Notes under the pieces: model-generated | What the model saw: the letters and a program-made list of their open reading frames with translations, nothing else | Databases searched by the model: none | Told to the model about the DNA's origin: nothing | Program-made: the position numbers and the translations under genes | DNA from: a bacterium | GTDB lineage: Bacteria > Zhuqueibacterota > Zhuqueibacteria > Oceanimicrobiales > Oceanimicrobiaceae | Assembly: GCA_046758365.1 (NCBI GenBank) | Contig: JBHIAC010000070.1 | Span: 1 to 16,483 of the forward strand | DNA: 16,483 nucleotides | Direction: 5' to 3' | Shown: positions 1 to 8,746 of the stretch, in pieces | Position numbering within the stretch: the first letter of the stretch is position 1 | How the letters are laid out: every line of letters begins with the position of its first letter

Positions 1-412
1 CATTTCTCTGATCATGAAAGGTGTCAATGATGATTTCAACATAGTCATTATCGGATAGATCATAATCCCGCCTCATTTCATTTGCCACAATTTTTTCAGG
101 CTCTTTGTCAAAACATCTTATTCCAAAATAAATGTTTTTATTATCGTAGGTAATTAAAATAAATGTTGGCTCAGAAGCAGGTTGGCCTTCAGTAGGCTCT
201 TTCTGGGTAAAATTGAATATGACAGCCGCATTTTTCCATTCAAATTTAGACAAAATTCCATCCAATTTCGGTGCTTTACCATTTCGGTGAACTTCAATCT
301 CATACAAAACAGCTTTACCGTTAGATTTATCTTTTTTATCATTGTTTGCGAAGCTGTCAAGGCTTAGGGCAAATATCAAAAATATGAGTAATTGTACTAT
401 AAGGAGTTTCAT
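1..412 (-). CDS. Secreted CBM9-like (DOMON-like) / DUF5916-type protein, 5' part only (runs off the window)
   Basis: Hand translation from ATG at 412: MKLLIVQLLIFLIFALSLDSFA (signal peptide) ...APKLDGILSKFEWKNA...FTQKEPTEGQPASEPT..LITYDNKNIYFGIRCFDKEPEKIVANEMRRDYDLSDNDYVEIIIDTFHDQRN. Open to the window edge. The PxLDG..EW, YD..N.Y.G..C.D and RRD....D...I.IDTF.D.RN motifs are typical of this family. Not in the ORF track because no stop falls in the window. Confidence 0.85.
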   Translation of the reverse strand, partial: MKLLIVQLLIFLIFALSLDSFANNDKKDKSNGKAVLYEIEVHRNGKAPKLDGILSKFEWKNAAVIFNFTQKEPTEGQPASEPTFILITYDNKNIYFGIRCFDKEPEKIVANEMRRDYDLSDNDYVEIIIDTFHDQRN

Positions 413-448
413 AGTTTTGAAGATAGGAATTGTTACAAATGGGATAAA

Positions 449-477
449 AATATATAAAAATATTTGCAAAAAGTCAA
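449..477 (-). promoter_or_regulatory. Sigma70-type promoter for the CBM9-like gene
   Basis: Minus strand TTGACT (477-472) - 17 nt - TATATT (454-449), 36 nt upstream of the ATG at 412. Confidence 0.7.
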
Positions 478-603
478 AGAAAAAAGTAAATGATTGCGAA
501 TAAAATTTGCATGCAATTTCAAAAGGATTTTCCTGTCAACAAATACTAAGCAACTTGACTTGGCGCTTGAATGAGTATGACCGTGTAAAAGCTTATTTTT
601 TTC

Positions 604-632
604 TTGACTTTTAGTAGATTAATCCCTAAAAT
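604..632 (+). promoter_or_regulatory. Sigma70-type promoter upstream of the rhomboid-amidase operon
   Basis: TTGACT (604-609) - 17 nt - TAAAAT (627-632). A second TATAAT at 879-884 lies 10 nt before the ATG and could be a proximal promoter. Confidence 0.55.
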
Positions 633-894
633 AGATTAAAAATCTAGGGCTGTTTTTCTGGAGAATGAATTTAAGATATTTAGAATTAAGTCCTGCCTGT
701 CGATACCACAGAATGAGCCATCTAAACAAATGGATTTTTTTTATTCCGCATATTGTCTACGGTTTTAGTAATAGTTATAAAGCCTTTCAGTTCAAAGAGA
801 TAGGGAATTTAGCTAATCTTACACTGGTTTAAGTAATATAATCAATGATAAATCTAACAATGTTGTTTTCATTCAAAGTATAATGTAATATAAA

Positions 895-1716
895 ATGACC
901 TATTATGAGAGAACATATCGTTTTGGATTTGGTGGAGGCATTACCAAGGCCATAAAATATTTGCTTATAATAAATTTCTTAGTTTTTATTTTCCAGCAAT
1001 TTATTCCTTTGATTGATTGGTTTGGCATGAAACCAAATCTTGTTTTATCCAAATTTCATATTTGGCAGCTTGTCACCTACATGTTCCTTCACGGCGGTAT
1101 TTGGCATCTCGTGATTAATATGTTTATACTATGGATGTTTGGGTGTGAAGTCGAACGGACTCTCGGTACCCGAGAATTTTTGAAATATTATTTTATATGT
1201 GGTATTGGTGCTGGTATCTTGCACCTCCTGGTTAATTTTAACTCTCCTATCCCTGTTGTAGGGGCCTCGGGAGCAATTTTTGGCGTGATGGTTGCATTTG
1301 CTGTTCTTTTCCCCGAACGCGTCATTACTCTATTGCTGTTTCTTGTTCTTCCTGTACAAATCAAAGCGAAATATTTAGTTATGGCTTTAGCAGGAATCCA
1401 ATTATTGTATGGGATATTCGGCAGTGATGGTGTTGCGTATTTCGCCCACCTTGGAGGCATGGCCGTTGGGTACGCTTATTTAAAATTAGACTGGCGATTG
1501 GAATATATCGGTACCTTGATTAGAAGACGACAAAAGTCCAGACGAGCCATTCAAAATTTAAAAAAACAGCAAGCTATGCAGCGAATGCGAGAAAGAGTGG
1601 ATGAAATTTTAGATAAAATTAATGAAGTTGGATATGATAACCTGAGTGAAGATGAGAAGAAAATTTTAAAAGAAGCTAGCCATTTATTTAGTCAGGAGAG
1701 GGAAACGGAGAACTAA
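895..1716 (+). CDS. Rhomboid family intramembrane serine protease with C-terminal soluble DUF6576-like tail
   Basis: WQLVTYMFLHGG..HLVINM loop, catalytic Ser in GASGA, catalytic His in AHLGG, about six hydrophobic segments, and C-terminal VDEILDKINEVGYDNLSEDEKKIL. Confidence 0.95.
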   Translation: MTYYERTYRFGFGGGITKAIKYLLIINFLVFIFQQFIPLIDWFGMKPNLVLSKFHIWQLVTYMFLHGGIWHLVINMFILWMFGCEVERTLGTREFLKYYFICGIGAGILHLLVNFNSPIPVVGASGAIFGVMVAFAVLFPERVITLLLFLVLPVQIKAKYLVMALAGIQLLYGIFGSDGVAYFAHLGGMAVGYAYLKLDWRLEYIGTLIRRRQKSRRAIQNLKKQQAMQRMRERVDEILDKINEVGYDNLSEDEKKILKEASHLFSQERETEN

Positions 1717-1734
1717 TGGGATTAGGAAATTACC

Positions 1735-3261
1735 ATGAAATTTAAACCGAGGGGAGTCAACTCTGCGAATACCCAATTAACCTATTTTCTATTCATTATC
1801 TTGCTTTTAACCTTCCTGCCCCTTTTATCTTATACGCAAGATTCAAATTGGGAAAGAAAAATTAAATCCCATGCACGTAAGATGGGAGGGGATTTTTATT
1901 TTGTAAATATCCAAGAGATCGCCAAGACTCTAAATGCCCGCACCTATTACAGCAACAAAGTGCATAAAGCTATTTTGTACTTAGGTGAAGAAAAAATAAC
2001 GGTAACCGCCTATAACCCTTTTGTGTTAGTTGGACAAAATGTAGTGCAAATGCCTATAAATACTAAATACAGCGACGGTGAAATTTGGGTACCAGTTAAA
2101 TTTTTTCTGCCAATTTTGAATAATGTTATTTTGGCATCTAAGGGAAATTATGCTAATGGCAAAGGTCTATATGATTTTGTTCGAGGAATTAACATTACTG
2201 GAGCTCAAGTTGAAGAAAAAGCCAACGGCACACTCATTCGTGTAAAAACAACCAAAGAATTTGACAAATCGAATCTCAGCACTCGGTACAGTCGAAAGTG
2301 GCTTTATTTAGATATTCTAAATGGAAGAATAGATGAAGAGAGGTTTCAGTCCAGTTTTGACAAAGGACTTGTAAGTAACATTGTGCCGGTACAATTGGAT
2401 CAAATGGTACAGCTTTCCTTTCAGCTAAAAAAAGATATCTCAGGACAGCAGTTAGAGATTACTCAATATCCGAATGAAATATGGCTTTCCATACCAACAA
2501 GCGACAATCTTTCTCCAAAATTATTAGAGCGCCTTAAGGCAGAGCGGGAAAAATGGAGTTTTGACAAGGTAGTTATTGATCCAGGTCACGGGGGGCGAGA
2601 TCCTGGGGCTATTGGTTCAAGCGGGGTTTATGAAAAAGACGTGGTCCTAAGAATTGCAAAAAAATTAAAGAAAATGCTTGAGAAGAAATTAAAATTAAAG
2701 GTCGTTATGACCAGGGAAACTGATAAGTTTGTTCCTCTAAAAGAACGAACACAACTGGCAAACAAAGTGAATGGCAAGCTATTTATTAGCATCCATGCCA
2801 ATTCCAATCGTAACCCCAGGCTTAGGGGCGCTACCACCTATTTTCTTGGCCCGGCTAAATCGGAAGAATCTCTTGAAGTTGCCCGAAGAGAAAATGCTGT
2901 AATTCGCTATGAAAATAGTGCGGTGGATTATGCTCATCTATCGGATGAAAATTTTATTTTAGCACATATGGCTCAAAATGATTATAATAAGGAGAGTCAA
3001 GATTTAGCCGCCATAGTGCAGAAAGAGCTTAAAAAACGTTCAAGAATTGAAGACCGCGGTGTGAAGCAGGCGGGTTATTATGTATTAGTTGGCGCGTCCA
3101 TGCCAAATATATTGATTGAGACCGCTTTCATTTCCAACAAAAAAGAAGAAAGGCTATTGAAATCTTCATCATTCCAGCAAAAAGTAGCTGAAGCGATTTA
3201 TGAAAGTGTGAAAAAGTTTAAAGAAATATATGATTGGGAATTACAGGCAGATAAACTTTAA
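1735..3261 (+). CDS. N-acetylmuramoyl-L-alanine amidase (Amidase_3, AmiC-like) with signal/TM segment and N-terminal accessory (AMIN-like) domains
   Basis: VIDPGHGGRDPGA, EKDVVL, FISIHAN and ILIETAFISN give the Zn ligands H/E/H and catalytic E. Hydrophobic N-terminus. Starts 18 nt after the rhomboid stop. Confidence 0.95.
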   Translation: MKFKPRGVNSANTQLTYFLFIILLLTFLPLLSYTQDSNWERKIKSHARKMGGDFYFVNIQEIAKTLNARTYYSNKVHKAILYLGEEKITVTAYNPFVLVGQNVVQMPINTKYSDGEIWVPVKFFLPILNNVILASKGNYANGKGLYDFVRGINITGAQVEEKANGTLIRVKTTKEFDKSNLSTRYSRKWLYLDILNGRIDEERFQSSFDKGLVSNIVPVQLDQMVQLSFQLKKDISGQQLEITQYPNEIWLSIPTSDNLSPKLLERLKAEREKWSFDKVVIDPGHGGRDPGAIGSSGVYEKDVVLRIAKKLKKMLEKKLKLKVVMTRETDKFVPLKERTQLANKVNGKLFISIHANSNRNPRLRGATTYFLGPAKSEESLEVARRENAVIRYENSAVDYAHLSDENFILAHMAQNDYNKESQDLAAIVQKELKKRSRIEDRGVKQAGYYVLVGASMPNILIETAFISNKKEERLLKSSSFQQKVAEAIYESVKKFKEIYDWELQADKL

Positions 3262-3295
3262 GCTAATTTTATATCGCACCAACGTCATAGTATTA

Positions 3296-6200
3296 TTAAC
3301 TTATTTCTTTTTTAAACTTCATAAATTGCCATACACCCAGTCCAGTTAAGAGAAGTAACCCCAATATTGTGATTAGAAATAAATTATCGATATTTTGTGC
3401 GTTAAATTTAATTGATTCCAGATTTCCGTTTAATACATATAATGCCCAATAATAAGGGTTACGGTTTTCTGTTTTCAAATATTGAACTTTGGCCTGCTGC
3501 AAGGCTGCACTTTTGTTCATGCCCAATTTTAAGTTAGAATAAAAATTAACCACCAGATCTGATGATTCTATCTTGTGACCCTTCCAAAGGTTTGTTACTA
3601 CACTTGGAACACCTGAATAAATAAATCCATGAACCAATCCTTTTACGCTTTCGCCCATATTTAACGTCTTTGACTCCCTTCCCAAATCGCTTATTATTAC
3701 CAAATCTGCATTTAATTTTAAATTAAATAGTTCATAAGTTGTAAGAAATTCGTTTAAACCTTTCTGATTAGAAAAATATAATTTGGAATAGAGAGACTGT
3801 CTATCATCTAAAATACCTGGAAGAGCCAGATGAATAATTTGATATTTTGAGCTTTCTTGCAAAAATCGTGTTTTCGTGGCACTTTGTCCTGAAAATATTT
3901 TCGCTTTTCGCTTCCCAATTATTTCGACAATCTGTGCAGCCTCATACTCTGAAATTTTTGATGGTTTTAAATTCAAATTGAAATAGATTTTTCCATTAGA
4001 ATTATTGTTTCTGAGAGATTCCATTTCCTCTAAATTCCAACTAGGATTGGCAAAGGCTAAAAATGATTTTTTTGCACGCCTCTTTCTGAAGAATCTCCAA
4101 TTTAGCATTTTTGCATAGGGCACATAAGAGATTTTGTAATCCTCAACTAAAAATTTTGCATGAGCATAATCATAGTCACCCGTTAACTCGTTTTGATTTG
4201 TTACTAAACATTCAAAAGGAAAACGGTTTAATACATCATCGGGTGAAATGATTACAGGACTTTGCGGTGGAATCAAATCCACAATAGGCTCAAATATTAC
4301 TTGATAAAGTTGAGCCGCTACATCCAATCGGAAAGCCTCGATTTCCGAATTGTTCGTATCCGCATAATCTGAATTTCTTTGTGAAAAAAGAGGACTCATC
4401 TGTTCCACGAGTCTTTCTAAAACACTACTGCCTACATTAATAAATTTATAATAAATGGAATCTGGTCTAGCTAATAAAATAAAAGTTGCATTTTCACCCA
4501 CTAAATAATGAATAAAGGAACCATCAATTGGTTTCAACATTTTCTGTAGATTGCTTAATGATTCCCCTTCTGGATGAACAAGGGTAAAATATCTGGGATA
4601 ATTTTCGGCTAATTCTAAAATAACAGCCTTTTTCTGGGCCTGTAATTGTTGAATTTCATTTTTAATACTCATGACCAGGTCGAGATTGTCTCCAGCGTCT
4701 TTTCTCCATGATTCTCTTAGCTCCAACCAACGGTCGATAATGCGGGTATTAATTTTGTCATATTTCCATTTTATAGAATCGGGTAAGGATGACTTGATTT
4801 TGAATTTGATTGGGGAAATATTATTCCAGTGAGTTTGAACTTTGTATTGCTCACAAATTTCGTAAGCCCTTAATAGATTTCCAAATTTCGCGAAAGCGCG
4901 GACTGCTGGGAAAAATAAATCCTTATTTAAATCAAAAAATTCTGAAGAGATTTCTCTATTAAAAAGACTTTCAAATTCGTTCAAGCTTTTAAGGGCTGTA
5001 TCGCTTTGGACCACTGCCAAATCCGGACAACCAGCGCTCAAATAGGTATTAATTAGACCAGCATGTCCAGCTAATATTGGACCATACGAACCGGTTTCTT
5101 TTGCTAAATGTACAGCGTCCAAAAATAAGGTCTCTGCATTTTCGACCTCCCCTTCAAATAAAGAAATTCTACCTTGCATCCAACGATGATTAGCAACATA
5201 CTGAATCTGCAAAGTTTGCCGAGCGAAAGCATCTGCCAAGGAGAGATAATATTTGGCATTTTGTAGATTGGAAGTCGGCTTTAAATATAAACTTGCTAAT
5301 TTTAAAAAACAAATTTCAGTAAGTTTATGCTTTTGAGTTCGCTGAGCATATTTTAGTACTTTTTTATAGTTTTGTTTAGCACTCTTGATATCCCCTTGAG
5401 CTTTGTGTATGTCTGCGATACTCAGTAAAGCGTAATGTTCTAATTCAGTGAGTTTTGCTTCTTGAGCCACTTTAAGACTCTTATTTAAAAAATCAAAAGC
5501 TTTTTCCAAATTGCTTAAATTTAAATATTCTCGACCAATTTTGGTATAGGCCTTGGTTAGTAATTCGGAATTTTGAACTCTTGCCGCCTGTTCTATGGTG
5601 AGTAAATAATAATTTATAGCGTTATCTTTATTACCCATCTTTCCGTAAGCATAAGCTAAATTGTAATATAAATTGGACAAATCAGATATTTCATTAATTT
5701 TTTGTGCAAGCAAAATTCCATTCAAACAGGCCTCAGCCATTCTTTGATAATATCTTTCTTTCATATATAAAATTGAGCGAGCTTGTTGTATCTTTATTTG
5801 TTCCTTCCAAGCTCCTATCCTTTGAGCCAACTGAAGAGCCTGGTAGAGATATTTTTCAGAGGCACCTAATTTCCCTATTTTCTGAAATAAGCTTCCTAAA
5901 TTTTGTAAAACTTTAAGCTTTTTATAAGGGTCACTTTGGCCTATTAATTGGATTGACGTCTGCAAATTAGTGAATACCGCATCATACTCCTTTAATTTAT
6001 AAGACACTCTACCCAAATAATAATAACCAAACCAATCTTTTTGATTTTTTTTCAGATATTGCTGTAGAGTGGTTTTAGCTTTTATAAAATTGTTTATTCG
6101 ATAACGCCAGATAGCGTACCCCAAATCGTTCAGATGTCTTTGGGATTTTTTTCTTTTTAATTTTCGAAAAATTCCCGGAAGCTGATTGGTTAAATCCAGT

Positions 6201-6646
6201 TTTAGGCTGGATTCTACTAATAGGTCAAGAGCCTCAGGAGAAATAGAGCCTTTTGATAAAGATAATTTACTGTTATCAAACGTGCTTTTCCAATCTTTTG
6301 ACCATTTGGCCATCAGGGCTAATCCCAGATAAAAATTGGGATTTTCAGGAGATTGATTTATGGCATTTTGGAAATAAGTTTGGCAGTCAGTTAGTTTTTT
6401 GGCATATCTATAAAATTCGGCTATTCTAAAATAGGTGGGTACAAAAGTCGAGTCTTCGGTTATTTGTTGTTTTAAATATTCTATTGCATTGGAATATTTG
6501 GACTTACCTGCCAGTTCGATGGCTTGAAGATATTTTGAGTGTGCGGGAAATGTCGCTGTTGCTGGATTTGTAGTGACTGAATTAACACTAATAATTGTAA
6601 ATAAGACAAGTTTGAATTTATTTTGATACCTTGTAGAATTTAACAT
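3296..6646 (-). CDS. TPR-repeat + CHAT (caspase/HetF-like) domain protein, catalytic dyad degenerate, with C-terminal TM helix
   Basis: About 550 aa of TPR-like helical repeats followed by CHAT motifs (LYQVIFEPI, IISPDDVLNRFPFECL, ISYVP, FLAFANP, ATKTRF, LNADLV, SVVTNLW, ALQQA, NPYYWA). Ends in LFLITILGLLLLTGLGVWQFM-KFKK. Possible signal peptide ending in ATA. Confidence 0.9.
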   Translation of the reverse strand: MLNSTRYQNKFKLVLFTIISVNSVTTNPATATFPAHSKYLQAIELAGKSKYSNAIEYLKQQITEDSTFVPTYFRIAEFYRYAKKLTDCQTYFQNAINQSPENPNFYLGLALMAKWSKDWKSTFDNSKLSLSKGSISPEALDLLVESSLKLDLTNQLPGIFRKLKRKKSQRHLNDLGYAIWRYRINNFIKAKTTLQQYLKKNQKDWFGYYYLGRVSYKLKEYDAVFTNLQTSIQLIGQSDPYKKLKVLQNLGSLFQKIGKLGASEKYLYQALQLAQRIGAWKEQIKIQQARSILYMKERYYQRMAEACLNGILLAQKINEISDLSNLYYNLAYAYGKMGNKDNAINYYLLTIEQAARVQNSELLTKAYTKIGREYLNLSNLEKAFDFLNKSLKVAQEAKLTELEHYALLSIADIHKAQGDIKSAKQNYKKVLKYAQRTQKHKLTEICFLKLASLYLKPTSNLQNAKYYLSLADAFARQTLQIQYVANHRWMQGRISLFEGEVENAETLFLDAVHLAKETGSYGPILAGHAGLINTYLSAGCPDLAVVQSDTALKSLNEFESLFNREISSEFFDLNKDLFFPAVRAFAKFGNLLRAYEICEQYKVQTHWNNISPIKFKIKSSLPDSIKWKYDKINTRIIDRWLELRESWRKDAGDNLDLVMSIKNEIQQLQAQKKAVILELAENYPRYFTLVHPEGESLSNLQKMLKPIDGSFIHYLVGENATFILLARPDSIYYKFINVGSSVLERLVEQMSPLFSQRNSDYADTNNSEIEAFRLDVAAQLYQVIFEPIVDLIPPQSPVIISPDDVLNRFPFECLVTNQNELTGDYDYAHAKFLVEDYKISYVPYAKMLNWRFFRKRRAKKSFLAFANPSWNLEEMESLRNNNSNGKIYFNLNLKPSKISEYEAAQIVEIIGKRKAKIFSGQSATKTRFLQESSKYQIIHLALPGILDDRQSLYSKLYFSNQKGLNEFLTTYELFNLKLNADLVIISDLGRESKTLNMGESVKGLVHGFIYSGVPSVVTNLWKGHKIESSDLVVNFYSNLKLGMNKSAALQQAKVQYLKTENRNPYYWALYVLNGNLESIKFNAQNIDNLFLITILGLLLLTGLGVWQFMKFKKEIS

Positions 6647-6849
6647 CTGATATTGCTTCAGTATTCTGATTTAAGCTTAGTCTAGAAACATTTAGGCGAA
6701 TTCGATGGCTTCCACCATACACACGCTTCGTTTAGAAAGGGATAATTCAAGTAAGTTTTTAACTTTTTAATCCATGTTTTCAAATTTGAAATAATACTAA
6801 ACTTTGGATTTTAGAGTCATAATTTATGTGTTTTATCTTCAGATAAGCC

Positions 6850-6878
6850 AATATAATAAATTGAAATAAAGGTGTCAA
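6850..6878 (-). promoter_or_regulatory. Sigma70-type promoter for the TPR-CHAT gene
   Basis: Minus strand TTGACA (6878-6873) - 17 nt - TATATT (6855-6850). Implies a leader of about 200 nt. Confidence 0.7.
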
Positions 6879-6970
6879 GATTTATTCATTTTGCCATCTT
6901 GATTCTTTAAAGTCCTTCATGCTAACACTAAACAGGGATAAGAGTCTCTTGGGTCTTTCCAAAATATCAC

Positions 6971-6999
6971 TTGCAAAAATTTCTAAAATAAACTATATT
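6971..6999 (+). promoter_or_regulatory. Sigma70-type promoter for the small ORF / gdh transcript
   Basis: TTGCAA (6971-6976) - 17 nt - TATATT (6994-6999), divergent from the CHAT promoter. Confidence 0.65.
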
Positions 7000-7007
7000 T
7001 TTGTCAA

Positions 7008-7172
7008 ATAGAAATTACAGAAGAAAAAATTTTAAAGATTACGAGAGAAGCGCAATATCTCCTGGATCCCAATACTGAGCCTGCTATGCTCAAAAAGGTC
7101 GTGAAGGAAGCCGTGCTGAGATTGCTGGAAAAATCGCGCAAGAAGCATACCTTACTATTGAAGCGATCATAA
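7008..7172 (+). CDS. Unannotated small helical protein (54 codons) with non-canonical ATA start, or a start-codon pseudogene
   Basis: (I/M)EITEEKILKITREAQYLLDPNTEPAMLKKVVKEAVLRLLEKSRKKHTLLLKRS*. Two amphipathic helices. An in-frame TAA lies at 6984-6986, and no ATG/GTG/TTG occurs in frame before the internal ATG at 7086. Confidence 0.5.
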   Translation: MEITEEKILKITREAQYLLDPNTEPAMLKKVVKEAVLRLLEKSRKKHTLLLKRS

Positions 7173-7285
7173 ACCTCGTTCTCTAGTTTGGTGAAATCAT
7201 AATGCAAATTGAAAATTGCAAAATTAAAAAATTTAATTGAATTTCACAAAAACACCAAAGAGTTCTGTACGTTAAGGAGAGTGCC

Positions 7286-8572
7286 ATGACAACTCAATAC
7301 AAAGAGCCGGCACCCATAAAAGGAAGTGATGAAGATCCATTTGAATCGATGATGTCTAGGTTTGATAAGGCTGCTGAACTATTGGAGTTAGAGCCTGGGG
7401 TCTACAATTACTTAAAGACCCCTATGCAACAGGTGATTGTTGCCATTCCTATCCAGATGGATGACGGTCGAATTGAAGTTTTTGAAGGCTATCGGGTCAT
7501 TCACAACAATGTACGTGGGCCTTCCAAAGGAGGAATTAGATTCAGTCCAACTTTACGCTTAAGAGAAGTGGCGGCTTTAGCCGCCTGGATGACTTGGAAG
7601 TGTGCCGTGGTAAACATTCCTTTCGGAGGTGCAAAAGGAGGCGTCAAATGTGACCCACGAAAATTAACCAAAGTAGAATTAGAAAAAATTACCCGGCGTT
7701 ATACGGCGAATTTACTGGACATTTTTGGTCCTGAAAGCGACATCCCAGCCCCTGATGTAAATACTGATGAACAAATTATGGGCTGGATTATGGATACTTA
7801 TAGTATGCATGTGCGACACACAGAAACAGCCGTAGTTACTGGAAAACCAACTTATTTAGGAGGCTCCCTGGGACGTAGGGAAGCTACCGGGCGGGGTCTG
7901 ACGGTCGTTACGAACCGGGCTTTGGAAAAATTTGGTCTGGAAACAAAGGGTTCAACTATTGTCGTGCAAGGATTTGGCAATGTAGGTTCAGTCGCGGCGC
8001 AGCAGTTGCAACAATTAGGGTGCAAAATTATTGCAATCAGCGATGTCTCTGGAGCCTATTATAATAAATCCGGAATTGATGTGCAAAAAGCAATAGATTA
8101 TAGTCGAGCCCATGATAATCTATTAGATGGATTTAAAGATGCAGAATTGATTTCTAATGAAGAACTATTGGAATTAGAGTGTGATGTATTAATTCCAGCG
8201 GCCTTAGAGGATGTCATTACTAGTAAAAATGCTCACAAAATAAAAGCCAAAATCATTAGTGAAGGGGCTAATGGCCCAACGACCGCAAAAGCAGACCCCA
8301 TTTTAGTAGACAAAGGCATTTATGTAATCCCAGATATTTTAGCAAACGCCGGAGGAGTCACAGTCTCCTATTTCGAATGGGTTCAGGACAGGATTGGTTA
8401 CTTTTGGACGGAAGTGGACGTGAATCAGAGGTTGGACAGAATAATAACCGAAAGTTTTGATAGTGTAAACCAACTTGCAGAAAAGTACAAAGTTTCATTA
8501 AGAATTGGTGCTTATATTTTAGCCATAGATCGAGTGGCTAAGACGTTAAAATTGAGAGGTATCTACGCTTAA
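7286..8572 (+). CDS. gdhA: Glutamate dehydrogenase (Glu/Leu/Phe/Val dehydrogenase family)
   Basis: [36 protein letters not shown], Rossmann [36 protein letters not shown] at 7274-7279. Confidence 0.96.
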   Translation: MTTQYKEPAPIKGSDEDPFESMMSRFDKAAELLELEPGVYNYLKTPMQQVIVAIPIQMDDGRIEVFEGYRVIHNNVRGPSKGGIRFSPTLRLREVAALAAWMTWKCAVVNIPFGGAKGGVKCDPRKLTKVELEKITRRYTANLLDIFGPESDIPAPDVNTDEQIMGWIMDTYSMHVRHTETAVVTGKPTYLGGSLGRREATGRGLTVVTNRALEKFGLETKGSTIVVQGFGNVGSVAAQQLQQLGCKIIAISDVSGAYYNKSGIDVQKAIDYSRAHDNLLDGFKDAELISNEELLELECDVLIPAALEDVITSKNAHKIKAKIISEGANGPTTAKADPILVDKGIYVIPDILANAGGVTVSYFEWVQDRIGYFWTEVDVNQRLDRIITESFDSVNQLAEKYKVSLRIGAYILAIDRVAKTLKLRGIYA

Positions 8573-8644
8573 AATTATAGGCATCTTCATAATTTTTATT
8601 TTTGGCTCTTTTGAATTTTAGTGGCAAAATAATAAGTTTTTCTA

Positions 8645-8668
8645 CATCCTGAGCGAAGTCGATGGGTG
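8645..8668. repeat. REP-like short imperfect palindrome
   Basis: CATCCTGAGCGAAGTCGATGGGTG, a GC-rich island in an AT-rich spacer. Resembles the CCTGAGCGAAGTCGAAGG-type extragenic palindromes (recalled pattern). Single copy in this window. Confidence 0.5.
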
Positions 8669-8717
8669 AATCTTGCCACACCATAACTAACATATTACAC
8701 TTTACCCAACTCTTACC

Positions 8718-8746
8718 TTGACTTTTTTTTAAAAAAATTGTATATT
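8718..8746 (+). promoter_or_regulatory. Sigma70-type promoter for secD-secF-STAS
   Basis: TTGACT (8718-8723) - 17 nt - TATATT (8741-8746). Implies a leader of about 165 nt. RBS AGGAGG at 8903-8908. Confidence 0.7.

Noticed and set aside
154..367. ORF-track ORFs 154..360(-) and 182..367(+)
   Set aside because: Off-frame and antisense shadows of the CBM9-like gene at 1..412(-).
666..832. Approximately 55-codon ORF and weak CCAT/ATGG hairpin with T-run in the rhomboid upstream region
   Set aside because: The peptide is not protein-like, the SD spacing is poor, and a 4-bp stem is too weak to call a terminator or attenuator.
1188..5916. Short ORFs 1188..1460(-), 2628..2837(-) and 5704..5916(+)
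   Set aside because: Antisense to well-supported genes, with no motifs or RBS.
3296..6646. TPR-CHAT as part of a Craspase (type III-E CRISPR) or caspase-gasdermin defence system
   Set aside because: No CRISPR array, cas gene, gasdermin or other effector lies nearby. The dyad is absent and the protein appears exported.
6940..6950. Palindrome AAGAG-T-CTCTT between the divergent CHAT and gdh promoters
   Set aside because: Only 5-bp arms and single copy; expected by chance.
7004..7207. ORF-track ORF 7004..7207(-), 67 aa
   Set aside because: Likely the antisense shadow of the plus-strand small ORF 7008..7172, which has a promoter and a more protein-like sequence.
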